A stretch of 58,899 nt of DNA, counting the filler, from Dirinaria sp. TL-2023a (taxonomy: Eukaryota): the NCBI GenBank assembly GCA_051941275.1. It is 6 parts of 6 records of this genome, joined end to end, with 100 filler letters (N's around TTAATTAATTAA, not from the genome) between each part and the next. Parts side by side here need not be neighbours in the genome. Positions count along the whole stretch, not along the records: positions 1 to 9,754 come from JAVEBF010001007.1; positions 9,855 to 19,606 come from JAVEBF010001008.1; 4 more parts are not named here. One strand, given 5' to 3'. The translations under genes and the position numbers were made by a program. Each line of letters starts with the position of its first letter. Within the stretch, counting starts at the first letter, position 1. Shown piece by piece: positions 1-12,248 of this stretch. The notes under the pieces are model-generated. The model saw only the letters and a program-made list of their open reading frames with translations, was not told the origin of the DNA and did not search any database.

Positions 1-2353
1 GCCCTACCTTGGGGGGTTGGGGGCGGTGGTGCAGTGGATCCTGTTGGGGGTACTGGAGGCACACGGCTTGATCGTTGTGCAACATCTACAGGGTTCTTTG
101 GCGACGTTGGCGATATCTCTGTCGATGGCGTATTGGATTTCCGTTGCTGGCTACTAGTAGACACTGGTGGTGGCTCTCGAGGCCTGTGAGGCAAAGACGG
201 GGCGGATGCCGTCGACGGTGTCTCAGGCAGCGCTCCGTTCTTAGACTCCTCAGGTGTTCCTACAACAGGAGCCCTCAAAGACGACGTCCGATTCTGTTGA
301 GGCATTTCGTCATCGGACTCTGATCCAGCGCTGGGTGACATTGGTTGATGAGGTGGTAGACGTGCACTAGGACGCGCTAGTACAGCAATTAGCAAGTGTC
401 AGTATCATTTTACGTTGCTATAACCCACATTCAGCGGAGACCGGTTGTCCCGGACGCTCTGTGGGTAGAGGAGGGGGTATATTCTTAGCTTGAGCTGGCG
501 GCGGCGGGACTGGACGGTCTGCGGAGCTGTCAGGGACTTCAGAGACGCTGCAATTTAATATTCATTTGCTCACCCTGTGGCACTGGCGGTGGAACGGGTA
601 GCTCTGCTGATCTCTTTGAAGGAGTGACTTGCTCCTCCTCTATGTCCTCCACGTCCTGCAAGTCGCTTGGCTGTCGTGCCTGTGTGATAGATGTTGGGGG
701 TTCTATCTTCTCTCTATCCACTTCCATATGAAGCGTGTCTTGCTCTGGGGTGTGGACCTTTTGTAATCCAGGAATGGGCATGATTGGCACAGGCGGGGCA
801 CGGGACGCTTGCGAGTCACTTGCCTTGGTTGTAGAGTTGCCAGAACTCTTTCGTTCACTTGCTGCGGATGATTGCTTCTTGGGTGCCATGCCAGACATAC
901 CTCCATAGGGGCCAAACATACCCGCCATACCCATACCTCCACTCATCTTGGCCATACGCTCGCGGATCTCCATTCTGCGCTTGACCTCTGGATCCATCTC
1001 TTCTTCTTCTTCTCCTTCTTGTTCTTGCTCTTGGTTGTCCTCTTCATCGACTTCATCCTCTTCGTCCCCAATATCAAGCTCCTTAGATGGAGCTTGAGAC
1101 CGGTTCTTTCTCTCTTCCAGAGAAGTCATTCGTGACGCCTCTGCACTGTTAATTCTACTGGTAGAGAGTTCCTCGCCTCCTTCAGTTTCGTCGGCGCCGG
1201 ATTCGTCAGCGTCATTCGTATCGCTTTGGATGCCTTTTGCCGAGCCTAAGAGTGGGCTTCCTACAATATTCGGATCCTCAGCTGTTTTGGATAAGGTGTT
1301 GGGTGAATGCTCTTCTTCCGGGCCCAAATCGGCAATTCGTGATGCTGTAGTCCCGGCACTCGTGACTTTATCCAAAGGCTGCCCTTCCTCGGCATCTGCA
1401 CCTCCTATGACTCGTTCTCGAGACTCCGCTCGCTTCTTTGGTGGCCGTTTAGGCTTCTCCTTCTTCTGCGCAACTTCCGAATTCCTCGCCGCCTGTTCCA
1501 ATTGCTGCTTCTGTAGCAACGCAATGCGGTCTTTGAGACTTGTTGGTTTTGGCTCATGTTCTTCTCCTTCCACTGACCTAGGGACTGGAGCTGGCCGATC
1601 CGCTCCTTCAATATGGTCCGTCTGTCCTACGATTTCTGGGTCCTCATCGCGCCGATACGTTTTCTGAGGCGGACCTTCACGAGGAGGTGGCACATACGCA
1701 TTTTTACTGGGAGGTGGGGCGACGAAAGGTTTCTTGACAAACCCCGAACCCGTTGCGGAACCAGGTCCGCTGGGCTTGGGCGCTACCGGAGGAGCGGCCG
1801 GTTTATTGAAAGCATTGATGCGGTCTCTGAATGATCCGCCGGCTGGCTTTTCATTGACTGGTTGCGAGTCACTTCTGGCAGCATCTGAGGTAGCCGGCTT
1901 TGCCACCAAGTTCATTGAAGCTGCCGGAGGCAGGATGTCAGCAGGTTGGGTTGCTTGTACTATGGTAGGCTCTTCGGAAGGAGGCCCTTTGGCTGAATGC
2001 CTGTCAGCTGCAGCAGCCTGTGTTGACGCTGACTTAGATACGGCTGCTGATGTTTCTTCAGGGACTTGATCTTCTTGCCTTATCACTGAGGATGCCTCCG
2101 GCTCTTTCTTTGGGCGGGCTTGTCTGGTCGGACGTGGAGGCGTCTCTGGCTCGTACATCTTGACAAAATTCCTCGGAAATAGACCTTCCTGCTTCGTGCC
2201 TCCCGTATCCATATATTCACCATAGAACCAGTCTGCATCTTCCTCGTCGGTGACTGTAATGAGCTGGCCGGTGGGAAAGCTCAAATCGTCATCATGGGGA
2301 GAAGAATACTCGTAAACTGCCCGAACCTGATAAGGTGGTGTAGGTGCGGCCAT
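1..2353 (-). CDS. BBC1: SH3-domain, Pro/acidic-rich myosin-tail-interacting protein (Bbc1/Mti1-like); 3' end runs off the window
   Basis: ATG at 2353. N-terminal SH3 (YQVRAVYEYSSPHDDDLSF...DWFYG...GLFPRNFV), FRDRINAF and SLKDRIALLQ motifs, then RERMAKMSGGMGM. Predicted introns 519-573 (GTGAGC..CTGAC..CAG) and about 379-429 keep a Pro-rich frame with SPSAGSESDDEM. Confidence 0.8.
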
Positions 2354-2968
2354 CGTGTTTGTAGAGAGAGAGTCAAGAGGTGGATGTAAAATATGACACA
2401 GTTCATGCGATACTGGGAAGCCAAAGACTCTTCTGCATACAGCTTGAATCGGAAAGATGTCTCCGAGAAAGTTTATGGTGCAGTGTCGGACGATCAGAGC
2501 AGTAGTTTCCAAGCCCACAAGCGGACCGAGCGAAGGCTAATAAAACAAAGAATAGAATAATGAAGCAGTGAACATAATCAGGATCATCAGTCACGATCTT
2601 CTCCATGCATACTCTCTGCAGGCAACTGATGTTCAGTTGATACCGGTAGTGCTTGCTAGAGCAAGTCGGAACCGCGGCTTGTGGACCCGAACTGTTCTGA
2701 ACTGGAAAAGCGGGCGAGGCGGGGGCTTCACTCCGGCGCGTCATCACAAGGAATACAGAAACACCTCAGTTTACACGTACCTTGCTCCATCTAAAGTACC
2801 TACTCTACCTGACTTAGTTATCTAAGGTACTGGATTTACCTCATAATGTTTCTACCTACACTACATCGATCATCCTGCCTTGGTTCAAATACTTCTCTGC
2901 ATATCTGAAATACATGGAGATTATCACCCCTCACAGCACCGTGGAAAAGACGATGTAAACACAATATA

Positions 2969-3889
2969 ATGGCAGAAGCTTTTCCAAACGATCTTCACTC
3001 TTCGGAGGCTTCTGTTCCAGCTCGTGTCTCCCGTGACAAAGGTCGAATCAGGGATCTTGCATTCCATCATGCTTACATAATCCAGCACCAAAAAGATGCA
3101 GAAGTCGAGATCCTAAAGTCCATGGAAATGCTCCTTGATTTTCCCACTTCGGCAAATTCAGATCCTGTCCGGCCTTCCGATGAGGATGGCCAGGCTGTCA
3201 AGAGGGCGTTGATGCCTTTCCAACCCTCAGACTACGACACTCTGATTGAGGAACGCAACATCAACAGAACATGCGGCTATGTGCTTTGCCCGCGTCCGAA
3301 TAAACTTCAGGACGCTAGCGCAAAATATGTCATTGTCCGTGACAGAAGTAAAGCGGCTGGGTTGTGGAAATCTGTGGATAAGAAGGTTTTGGAGCGCTGG
3401 TGCTCCGATGATTGCGCCAAGAGAGCGTTGTTTATCAGAGTCCAGCTGAACGAGGAACCAGCATGGGAAAGGGCCGGAGGCGTTGGCGGAAACATAATGT
3501 TGCTGGATGAAACGAACGATCCTCTATCTCACATCGACCAAGCGGCACAGTTATCCGCCCACTTCAATCAACTTAGCGTCAGTGATGAAGAGGAGTCAAT
3601 GGCCACGGCAATGAGGAACCTTGTTCTTGAAAGAGGTGGCGGAGACCACCGAAAAGCGGATGAGGCTTCGACCAGGTTTGGTAACGTCAATATTACAGAG
3701 AACAATCTTTTGAGAGACGGCACGCAGCCTCCAGTACGCGCCGGGCAAGACTCTGTCGGCGCACACGATTCAATCGAAGGATATATTCCTCACGCGATTG
3801 GCAGACGAACATGCCAAGATTCAGCTTCGGCAAATGATGAGGCCGATGGTGAGGACAACGCGCTCTCCAATCTAGTGTATGGTACCTAG
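2969..3889 (+). CDS. RTR1: Rtr1/RPAP2 family RNA polymerase II CTD phosphatase-like zinc-finger protein
   Basis: DYDTLIEERNINRTCGYVLC...WCSDDCAKRA matches the Rtr1/RPAP2 zinc-binding signature. Confidence 0.85.
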   Translation: MAEAFPNDLHSSEASVPARVSRDKGRIRDLAFHHAYIIQHQKDAEVEILKSMEMLLDFPTSANSDPVRPSDEDGQAVKRALMPFQPSDYDTLIEERNINRTCGYVLCPRPNKLQDASAKYVIVRDRSKAAGLWKSVDKKVLERWCSDDCAKRALFIRVQLNEEPAWERAGGVGGNIMLLDETNDPLSHIDQAAQLSAHFNQLSVSDEEESMATAMRNLVLERGGGDHRKADEASTRFGNVNITENNLLRDGTQPPVRAGQDSVGAHDSIEGYIPHAIGRRTCQDSASANDEADGEDNALSNLVYGT

Positions 3890-4145
3890 GATTTGAACCA
3901 CATGGGTCATCACAGAGGACCGCGTCAGCACGAATATCCTGCCGAAGGACATAATCATTAATGTTTGTCAAATGACTACCTAGGTAGGTAAAGTATTCGT
4001 ACCTGCCCCAGGATCAATTGCCGAACCACTGATACGTCTCATATCTACATTAGGTAGAACAATGCTGACCGAACTCGAACACCAGCGAACTTTTAATCCA
4101 TTCTAATGCCGTGCTACGCTATGCCAGATAATCTTTTTCTACTTT

Positions 4146-5528
4146 TCATCTCCGATTAACTCGTCTATTGCCAGTCACAAGCATGTCGAGTATGGAGTCG
4201 GTGCTGGAGGTAGGATTTCTGCGACCTTTCGCCGATGATTCTTGCACGTCAGGTGTCGACTTTGCACTTTCAAGAAGACCGTAACCATGTCCTCTAGCTG
4301 ACGTGGACGGTGATCGTGATGGTACCAAGTTCGGGATTTCTTTTTGACCACTAGTGATATGGCTTGGCATTGGCTCTTCAGGCGAGCGCTCCTCGTATAG
4401 AGCTACAGTCTGACGGTCGGCGCGATCTAAAGATAACAATACTCTCCCTTGTGCATCGACGGACGTGCGCGTTGGCGTTACCCAGATTTTCGCTCCTCCC
4501 GGCAATTGCGGGTCTAAGGCATCCGTTCCAGGAGCATCCACGTGCTTGTAACCTCTGTCTTTGTAGTCCTCGGCGACAATGCCTCCGACGCCAATCATGG
4601 CCTTTGGCCGGGCGCTGCGAGGCAACAGTACACGACCACGAATGGGCCGTCTCTTCGCCTGCGGTCCCAAAACTGGGTGGTTTGGGGTGTAAGCATTCGT
4701 CCGAAGATATGAAATTCCCGCCGAAGGCTGTGTCGTAGGAGGAGCTTCTTCACTGCTAGGTAAATCAAGAAATTCTTCGATCAGAGCAAATAGTGCGTCT
4801 TGATCCTGCCTGAGCCGTTTTATGTAAATGCGCAAATCTTTGTCCGAGACCTCCACTGGCTCAGCATCAGCCTCTGTTCCACTGTCAAGTGCGGCGCGAT
4901 CGCGGTCTCTTGTCATTTTCTGTGAGAGCTGCGCCCTCAAGAAATCCTGAAATTCACCTTTACGCTTTTTCATATTTTTCCGCACGTAGTCTTGAAATTC
5001 CCCCTGGGTCTGGCCAGCCAGCCAGGGCCCTTTGTATTTCCACCGGCTGCCTTTATTGGCCGGGCCATGACCTTCGGTATTGTCGCAATCAGATTCAAAT
5101 ACGCTCTTATGAGGCTTGAATACCTGTTGGCCGGTTCCGGGAGTTACACGCTTGTCGGGTATCTCAAGTCTGGAGATTGGTAAACCAATTTCCTGCCACT
5201 TTTTCAAGTTGAGAACATGATCTGCGGCTGACTCGAAGTCGGTGATATGGTTTATTGTATCAATATCGCGAATTCGTATGGTTGGAGTAGATGTTTGAGC
5301 AGTTGACTGCAGAGGTAAAGATTGTTTTAGTCCCCAGTCGCCTTTTGCCAACGCAGGTGGCGTCGTTTCTAAGGCGGCATGGGTGGGATAAGGGAGTGTC
5401 GCGGTTTCGGAGTCATATCGGTCTGTCGAAGTCGAATTGGCATTTGGCCGCGCAAGAGGAGGTGGCAAAGCGAAAAGCCGAGAATGCCTCAGAATCCTCC
5501 CTGTAGGTGATAATTGCTTGGTCGCCAT
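4146..5528 (-). CDS. MRP51: Mitochondrial small-subunit ribosomal protein Mrp51 (bS1m)
   Basis: MATKQLSPTGRILRHSRLFALP presequence-like start; YPTHAALET..GDWGLK, DTINHITDFESA, SAGISY and GVGGIVA motifs. Confidence 0.85.
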   Translation of the reverse strand: MATKQLSPTGRILRHSRLFALPPPLARPNANSTSTDRYDSETATLPYPTHAALETTPPALAKGDWGLKQSLPLQSTAQTSTPTIRIRDIDTINHITDFESAADHVLNLKKWQEIGLPISRLEIPDKRVTPGTGQQVFKPHKSVFESDCDNTEGHGPANKGSRWKYKGPWLAGQTQGEFQDYVRKNMKKRKGEFQDFLRAQLSQKMTRDRDRAALDSGTEADAEPVEVSDKDLRIYIKRLRQDQDALFALIEEFLDLPSSEEAPPTTQPSAGISYLRTNAYTPNHPVLGPQAKRRPIRGRVLLPRSARPKAMIGVGGIVAEDYKDRGYKHVDAPGTDALDPQLPGGAKIWVTPTRTSVDAQGRVLLSLDRADRQTVALYEERSPEEPMPSHITSGQKEIPNLVPSRSPSTSARGHGYGLLESAKSTPDVQESSAKGRRNPTSSTDSILDMLVTGNRRVNRR

Positions 5529-5946
5529 TGCTCTTACGGTATCCCTTTTGGAGCTCGCAGCATCGGCATTCCAGACAACCTGCACGTCTGGTCATAAGCT
5601 CGGCAGGTAAGGTAGATACTGTCTGGATTGGGTCAAAAGTAAGGTAAGGTAGGGAGTTCCTAGCTTACCTAAGGTAGCTCCTTAGCTCATTAAGGTTCTT
5701 GGTTCTTCCTCGATTCGTTCTAGCTCCAGCGTTGTCCGGCCAACATACGCTAATCAACCAAGCAATCCCTTCTCGCTTGTCATAGCACACTATTATTATC
5801 ACGCCAGTGACGCTCTCTCTCATTGACCTCAGCTCTTCAGAATATCGAAATTTGCGCGATCGCTGCTCGAATTCCAAGATCTAGGGTGCTAAAAATTTGG
5901 CGCTTTCTCCAGGAAACGCACGTATTTCGAATGAAACATACACAAA

Positions 5947-8900
5947 ATGGATCGGCCATCAACCCCGTCTCGTCCCCCTCCAGACTACCAGGCGGCACCT
6001 CCCTCGTACTTCGATGGGCCCAACGAAGATACGCCTACTAGTTTGCCAACCAATGACTCATCTTTGCGTTTGTTAAGTTCGGTGGATGACGCTGAGCAAC
6101 GACAGTACGTATCGCCTATGATATAATCGAAGGTTTTCGTTGGTCCGCAGCGCAGAATGCTGGGATCATCAACGACGGCTCATGAATCCATTGCACGGAG
6201 AGGCCTCACCTCACCTGCTGTGGGCGAAGCTACCGTCACACAATCCCAATGCTGCTCCTCAGCCCAGGCTGGACAAAGCAATGACATCCCTAAGCCTCGT
6301 TCTACCATCCGAGTCACTTCCAAGAACCAAAGCTCACCAGAAATAAATCCTAGGCACATTAGACCAAAGAAATCGTTCAACTCGAGCACAAGCTCAATAC
6401 CGCATTCATCGCCCACCAATATTCTGGAGACTGCCCCTAATCTGGCCCCTTCAACCAACGACGCACCTTCATACCTTCCTTATATCCCTCCGCGAGTCTC
6501 CCGAACACGATCAATTTCCCCTTCAAGAAGTTCTTCGGAGGATTCGCGTCCGCCTCCATCACCCATATCTTACGAGCGAGCCGATATCAACGGGAGTCCT
6601 CGTCCGGGAACTCCTTCATCAAGATACGGTGGTAGCCCAAAGAGACCGCTACCCCCGGCGCCACTTTTCTCAGGACCTCAAGCCGCTTCACGGCCGTCTG
6701 TTGACTTGGCTGAAAATACTGCTATACCCATTGACAATGAGAATGACATATTCGGATCAACCCAAGGTGCTGCCCGACCTAGTGTCAAATCTTTCGAGTC
6801 TTACCAGTCAGATTCAACGTTTACGGAAGACTATTACCCAAAAGAAGAAGATGAAACCAATGATCATTACGGCCCGGCACCAACAGGGCGACAAGAGCGT
6901 CGGCGTGGCGCAAGGCAAGCTCAAATAGCAAAGAAAGAAGTGAGATTGATCAACGGAGAGTTGATATTGGAATGCAAAATTCCAACGATTCTCTACAGCT
7001 TCCTGCCCCGAAGAGATGACATAGAATTTACACACATGCGCTACACTGCTGTAACATGTGATCCTGATGATTTCACGCTTCGAGGTTATAAACTCAGGCA
7101 GAATATTGGCAGCACGACACGAGATACAGAGCTCTTCATATGTATCACCATGTACAATGAAGACGAGATAGACTTTACGCGTACCATGCACGGAGTGATG
7201 AGAAATATCTCCCATTTTTGTTCCAGGTCAAAATCGAGAACATGGGGCAAAGACGGATGGCAAAAGATTGTCGTCTGCATTGTCTCAGACGGGCGAAGGA
7301 AGGTGCATCCCCGGACACTGGATGCTCTTGCAGCGATGGGAGTCTATCAAGATGGTATTGCTAAGAATCTTGTTAACCAACGCGAGGTTACAGCGCACGT
7401 TTACGAATATACAACGCAAGTCTCACTAGATGCAGATCTAAAGTTCAAGGGAGCAGAGAAGGGCATCGTCCCATGCCAGATGATCTTCTGTCTGAAAGAA
7501 AAGAATCAAAAGAAGCTAAACTCTCACCGTTGGTTCTTCAATGCTTTTGGGAAAGCGCTTACGCCCAATGTATGTATCTTGCTCGACGTGGGAACGAAAC
7601 CTGGACCAACCTCGCTATATCATCTGTGGAAAGCTTTTGACACGGACTCGACCGTTGCTGGCGCTTGTGGTGAAATCAAAGCGGGAAAGGGCAAGGGTTG
7701 GCTCGGGCTTCTGAATCCCTTAGTAGCATCCCAGAATTTCGAGTATAAGATGTCTAATATCCTGGACAAGCCCCTTGAGTCGGTCTTTGGATATATCACT
7801 GTTTTGCCAGGAGCACTGAGCGCATATCGATACTATGCCTTACAGAATGATACCACAGGACATGGTCCATTAAGCCAATATTTCAAAGGCGAGACTTTGC
7901 ATGGGCAAGATGCCGACGTCTTTACTGCCAACATGTACCTTGCAGAAGATCGCATCCTATGCTGGGAGCTTGTGGCAAAAAGGGATGAGCGATGGATATT
8001 GAAGTACGTCAAGAGCGCTACAGGGGAGACTGATGTACCAGGTATGTCAAAGCATAAGTCATTCAATGGTCTTTAAAGACGCTTACAAATCATTCTATAG
8101 ATGCCGTGCCTGAGTTCATATCTCAAAGAAGAAGATGGCTAAATGGTGCTTTCTTCGCCGCTGTCTATTCGCTCGTCCATTTCAAGCAAATTTGGACTAC
8201 TGAACACACCATAATGCGGAAGATACTCCTGCACATAGAATTCGTCTACCAGTTCGTCAGCTTAGGCTTCACATACTTTTCACTTGTAAGGGTTCACCTT
8301 TTCAACCATCTTCTGGATCGTACTAAATGCCTCAGGCCAACTTTTATCTCACCTTCTACTTCATCGCAGGCTCTCTGTCCGATCCCAAGCTTGATCCCTT
8401 TGGTCATAACATCGGCCTGTATATTTTTGTCATACTTCGCTTTGCATGTGTCCTATTGATTTGCACCCAATTCATTCTATCGATGGGTAATCGGCCCCAA
8501 GGGTAGGACATCTCCAATTTCCGACCTCAGGACTCCACACTAACATGCAACCAGCGCCAAACGAATGTTCATGTCCAGTATGATTGTCTACTCCGTGATC
8601 ATGGCATATACTACCTTCGCCGCACTCTACATCGTAATTACCCAACTCCGAAGCTCCAACACCTCCTTCCACCTCGGCAACAACATCTTTACCAACCTCA
8701 TCGTGTCTACAGCCTCCACAGTCGGCCTCTATTTCCTGATGTCCTTCCTCTACCTAGATCCCTGGCACATGTTCACCTCTTCGGCGCAGTACTTTGCGCT
8801 GCTTCCCTCCTACATCTGCACTCTGCAGGTCTACGCGTTCTGCAATACGCACGACGTGACCTGGGGCACGAAGGGGGACAACGTGATCCACATCGACCTC

Positions 8901-9413
8901 GGAGCCGCCGTGTCCGGGAAAGGCAACACGGTCGAGCTCGAGATGCCGAGCGAGCAACTGGACATCGACTCCGGCTACGACGAGGCCCTGCGGAACCTGC
9001 GCGACCGGCTGGAAGTCCCCAAGGGCGGCATCAGCGAGGCGCAGCAGCAGGAAGACTACTACCGCGCCGTGCGCACGTACATGGTCGTCGCGTGGATGGT
9101 CGCGAACGCCATCCTCGCCATGGCCGTCAGCGAAGCCTACAACAGCACCCACGTCAGCGACAACTTCTACCTCAAGTTCATCCTCTGGTCCGTCGCCGCC
9201 GTGGCCATGTTCCGCGCGCTCGGCAGCAGCGCCTTCGGCGTCCTGAACATCATCCACATGATCGCCGAGGGCCGCATGAAGATGAGCATCAAAGGCGTCC
9301 GGGTCCCCGACTGGATCAGCGATACGGGCAGCAAGGTCAGCAGCAAATTCAGCTACTTCGGAGGCAGCAGTTGGGGAAGCTCGAGTTTGGGCACGACGAG
9401 CAGGAAGAGCTAG
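5947..9413 (+). CDS. CHS2: Chitin synthase, class II (Aspergillus ChsA / Neurospora CHS-2 type)
   Basis: [20 protein letters not shown] (class II-type), [38 protein letters not shown] and [12 protein letters not shown] 5947 (MDRPSTP). Predicted introns 6105-6353, 8042-8100, 8286-8335 and 8503-8554 restore one frame to TAG at 9411-9413. Confidence 0.95.
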
Positions 9414-9754
9414 ATAGCTACCTAGCTCGCTAACTAGCTGCTGGGTTAGGAATGAAGAGAAGAAAGAGATAAAAAAAAAGCTTTTCCTTACCTTTTGTTG
9501 TATGTGATGGAGTCTTGGGGTTTTTTAAGAAAGGGGGGAAAGGGGAAGGTTATTTTTCGGGTTCTGTGCCAAAATTTGGGCAGAAATGTCCTCTTCAACT
9601 CTAGGGACTTCTTCGTATGCGATTCTTCTTTTCCGTACTCGTATAGACAGATAGGTAGACTTGCTTGTATTGTTGGCACCAGGTGTACCTTACTTAGCCC
9701 ACCTAATGTAAAACATGGGAAAAAAAAAAAAAAAAAAAAAAAAAAAAGACCCCG

Positions 9755-9854
9755 NNNNNNNNNNNNNNNNNNNNNNNNNNNNNNNNNNNNNNNNNNNNTT
9801 AATTAATTAANNNNNNNNNNNNNNNNNNNNNNNNNNNNNNNNNNNNNNNNNNNN
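9755..9854. other. Artificial contig-joining linker
   Basis: 44 N + TTAATTAATTAA (stop in all six frames) + 44 N. Confidence 0.98.
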
Positions 9855-12248
9855 GTGTGAGATCATCGAACTCGATCGTATTCGTGGATCTTTATCGTTA
9901 TATCATCATCTTGCTACGTGGTTACCATTTTCATTTGATTTAATTGTGTTACCTATATATAATTTGGATTTTTGAGGGCAAATTCAGGGTTTTACTTTAT
10001 CACTCTGTCTTTATTACGATGTAGTCTCAGCATTCGTTCTGTGGTTAAGGTAGGCTGCAATTACTTGTCTACAACTTTGGATTGTCATGTGTTAACAATG
10101 TGTTTAAACCCCTTTTTGGACGTCTGAATAAAAGCTTCATTAACGACCTTCCAAAGCGCTCTATTTACGACGGGGGGAAGTGGGAATCTAATCAGCAATA
10201 GAGACCCAGTCGGATTTTTGGAGACCAGGTCATCTGATTGAAAGGGCACGAGGAGGTATGAGAGCGCCAGTCTGTTGTTGCTCTTTTTTGTTGTCTTTTT
10301 CACATTTTGCCTTCGACGACCAGTACCTCGGCAGGAAAATTGCATATGAACTTCTCTCGAAGAATGATGCTCGTAAACTATGTGCGATTTATTCGAGCCC
10401 CGCTCTGAGAATTTTTTCTGCTTTGAAAAGCTGTCGTGGCTGGCTCTATCTATATATTGTCGTACTTACCCCTCAAACCGCCTTCTCCACAAAAAGAAAA
10501 TTAAAGTTTGTGAATTGGCGGAAGACAGTGTTTCAATATTACAGTAGATGCGTAAGAGACCTCTTCTGTTATTGTAGGTATGTAGGTGTTGAATATTGAT
10601 TCTTGAACGATGTTCTGTATGAGAAGAGCTAAGTACGTAGAGTTAAAGTTCTTTGGATTGATAGACTATTCGACGTACACTGAATCGAATCAATGGGTTG
10701 GTTTGGTATGGTGCATTTCGAATAAGAAGTAATGATTGATGTATGAGAAGGAAAAAGAAAGAAGGAAAGTGGGGGGAAAAGGAAGAAAAAAGAAAGCAAA
10801 TTTGACAATTATCCCTGATGGGGTTGCTGCCATAACTGAATCTAAGACGACCGCACTGCATCTAATAGACAAGCGATGATGATATTTTCTTTGAGAGGTT
10901 TATATAGATGGCAAGTAACACCGGGGGTGGTAAGGAAGAATTCAAGACAAGCTCATGCGAATTTTAGATCATAGGATATTTATTTGGCGTACAGACTTCA
11001 AGCGAAAATTATGATCGGCTGGCTGGAGTGTTTAATCGTGAAAGGTACCGCACCTAGATATTCAGGGAGTCTGTCAGACGGAACCTCAATCGTTTCTCTC
11101 CCCCCGATTCCCTCTCAGTAGCTGGGCCAAGCCGATTTTTCATGGCCCTGTTGAAAGGTTATGTGAGATCTTTGCATGAATAAAAGGTAGTCATCCGAAA
11201 TCAGGGGCTGCTTGGTACGGGAATGCGATTACCATTCCAAGAGCTGCGAATTCTTTGAAGCAGCTACATAGATAGATATTGTAATCAATTGTTACGGTAA
11301 ATGTGACTCCAAGGTAGAGACTGGCAGGACTCGGACGACCGATCTTTGTCGCAGATACGTCATCATTCAATGTGGACTCTGGTTTTGATTTCTCGTCACG
11401 GTACCAATGGATCGAGAAAGGCAGAAGTGAACTTGAACATTGGTGTATACAGGTCAGCAGCGCTTTGCATGCTTTTGCCATGCCCCGTTGCTTGGAGATG
11501 AGTGGAAAATGATTTTATATCATCACTTCTTGGTCTCTCTTTACAACCTTTGGGATGGTTACCTTTTCCTCGCCTCTAGCGGTACTGAACATGATTTTCC
11601 ATATACATCGATGGTATAGTGCGATTGCTCGTCCGATTCGACAATGACAAAACCCAGGATTAAAACAGCTTGAATGAGCTGGCGCAGCTGCGTCGACTCG
11701 TGACTTCGATTTGAGCATTTCAAGACAAGATAAAGACTAAAACGAGCCAAATTAGCATCTGTCTCGGAGCGGCAGAGCTACAATTCAGTGCCTTGAACCC
11801 TCAGCAATTGCAATAATATATTTCTCGTAGTGTAGGCCTAGTGCGACATGACTGCCTCTGGCACACGTCAAATCAGCTTGAGATACCCGATTCCAACAAC
11901 TCCTCTCATCTTGTATCATGAGCTTCCCTAAGGGACGCCTTTGCGCTCACCAGCAGCAACGCCAACCAGACGCACTCGGCCACTGTAGTAGTACATATCG
12001 AATCCGGATTTCTGGGGCCCCATGGTGCTTGCAAAATTCCATCTGGCCTTTGTAAAAGGCGAATAGAGTTTAGATATCCACATTGTTAATTGCTTGCTGC
12101 ATACGCTCTGCAACAGAGCTAGAGAAATGTTATAAGTATCAAGATTCAGCGCGCGACGACTGATTCGTGATCCGAAAATCCGTTCATGGGTCCATTGAGG
12201 TACCGCGAGTACTTCACGTACCCTACATCCCGCTATCATTTACACAAT

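Noticed and set aside
8754..9433. ORFs 8754-9257(-) and 9092-9433(+)
   Set aside because: Shadow frames of the high-GC3 chitin synthase last exon
9799..9810. TTAATTAATTAA recurring every ~9.8 kb as a biological periodic element or piggyBac TTAA site
   Set aside because: Always embedded in exactly 44+44 N; it is a six-frame-stop assembly linker
9855..11900. Transposon remnant in the AT-rich start of contig 2
   Set aside because: No RT, integrase or transposase motif, terminal repeat or TSD could be identified
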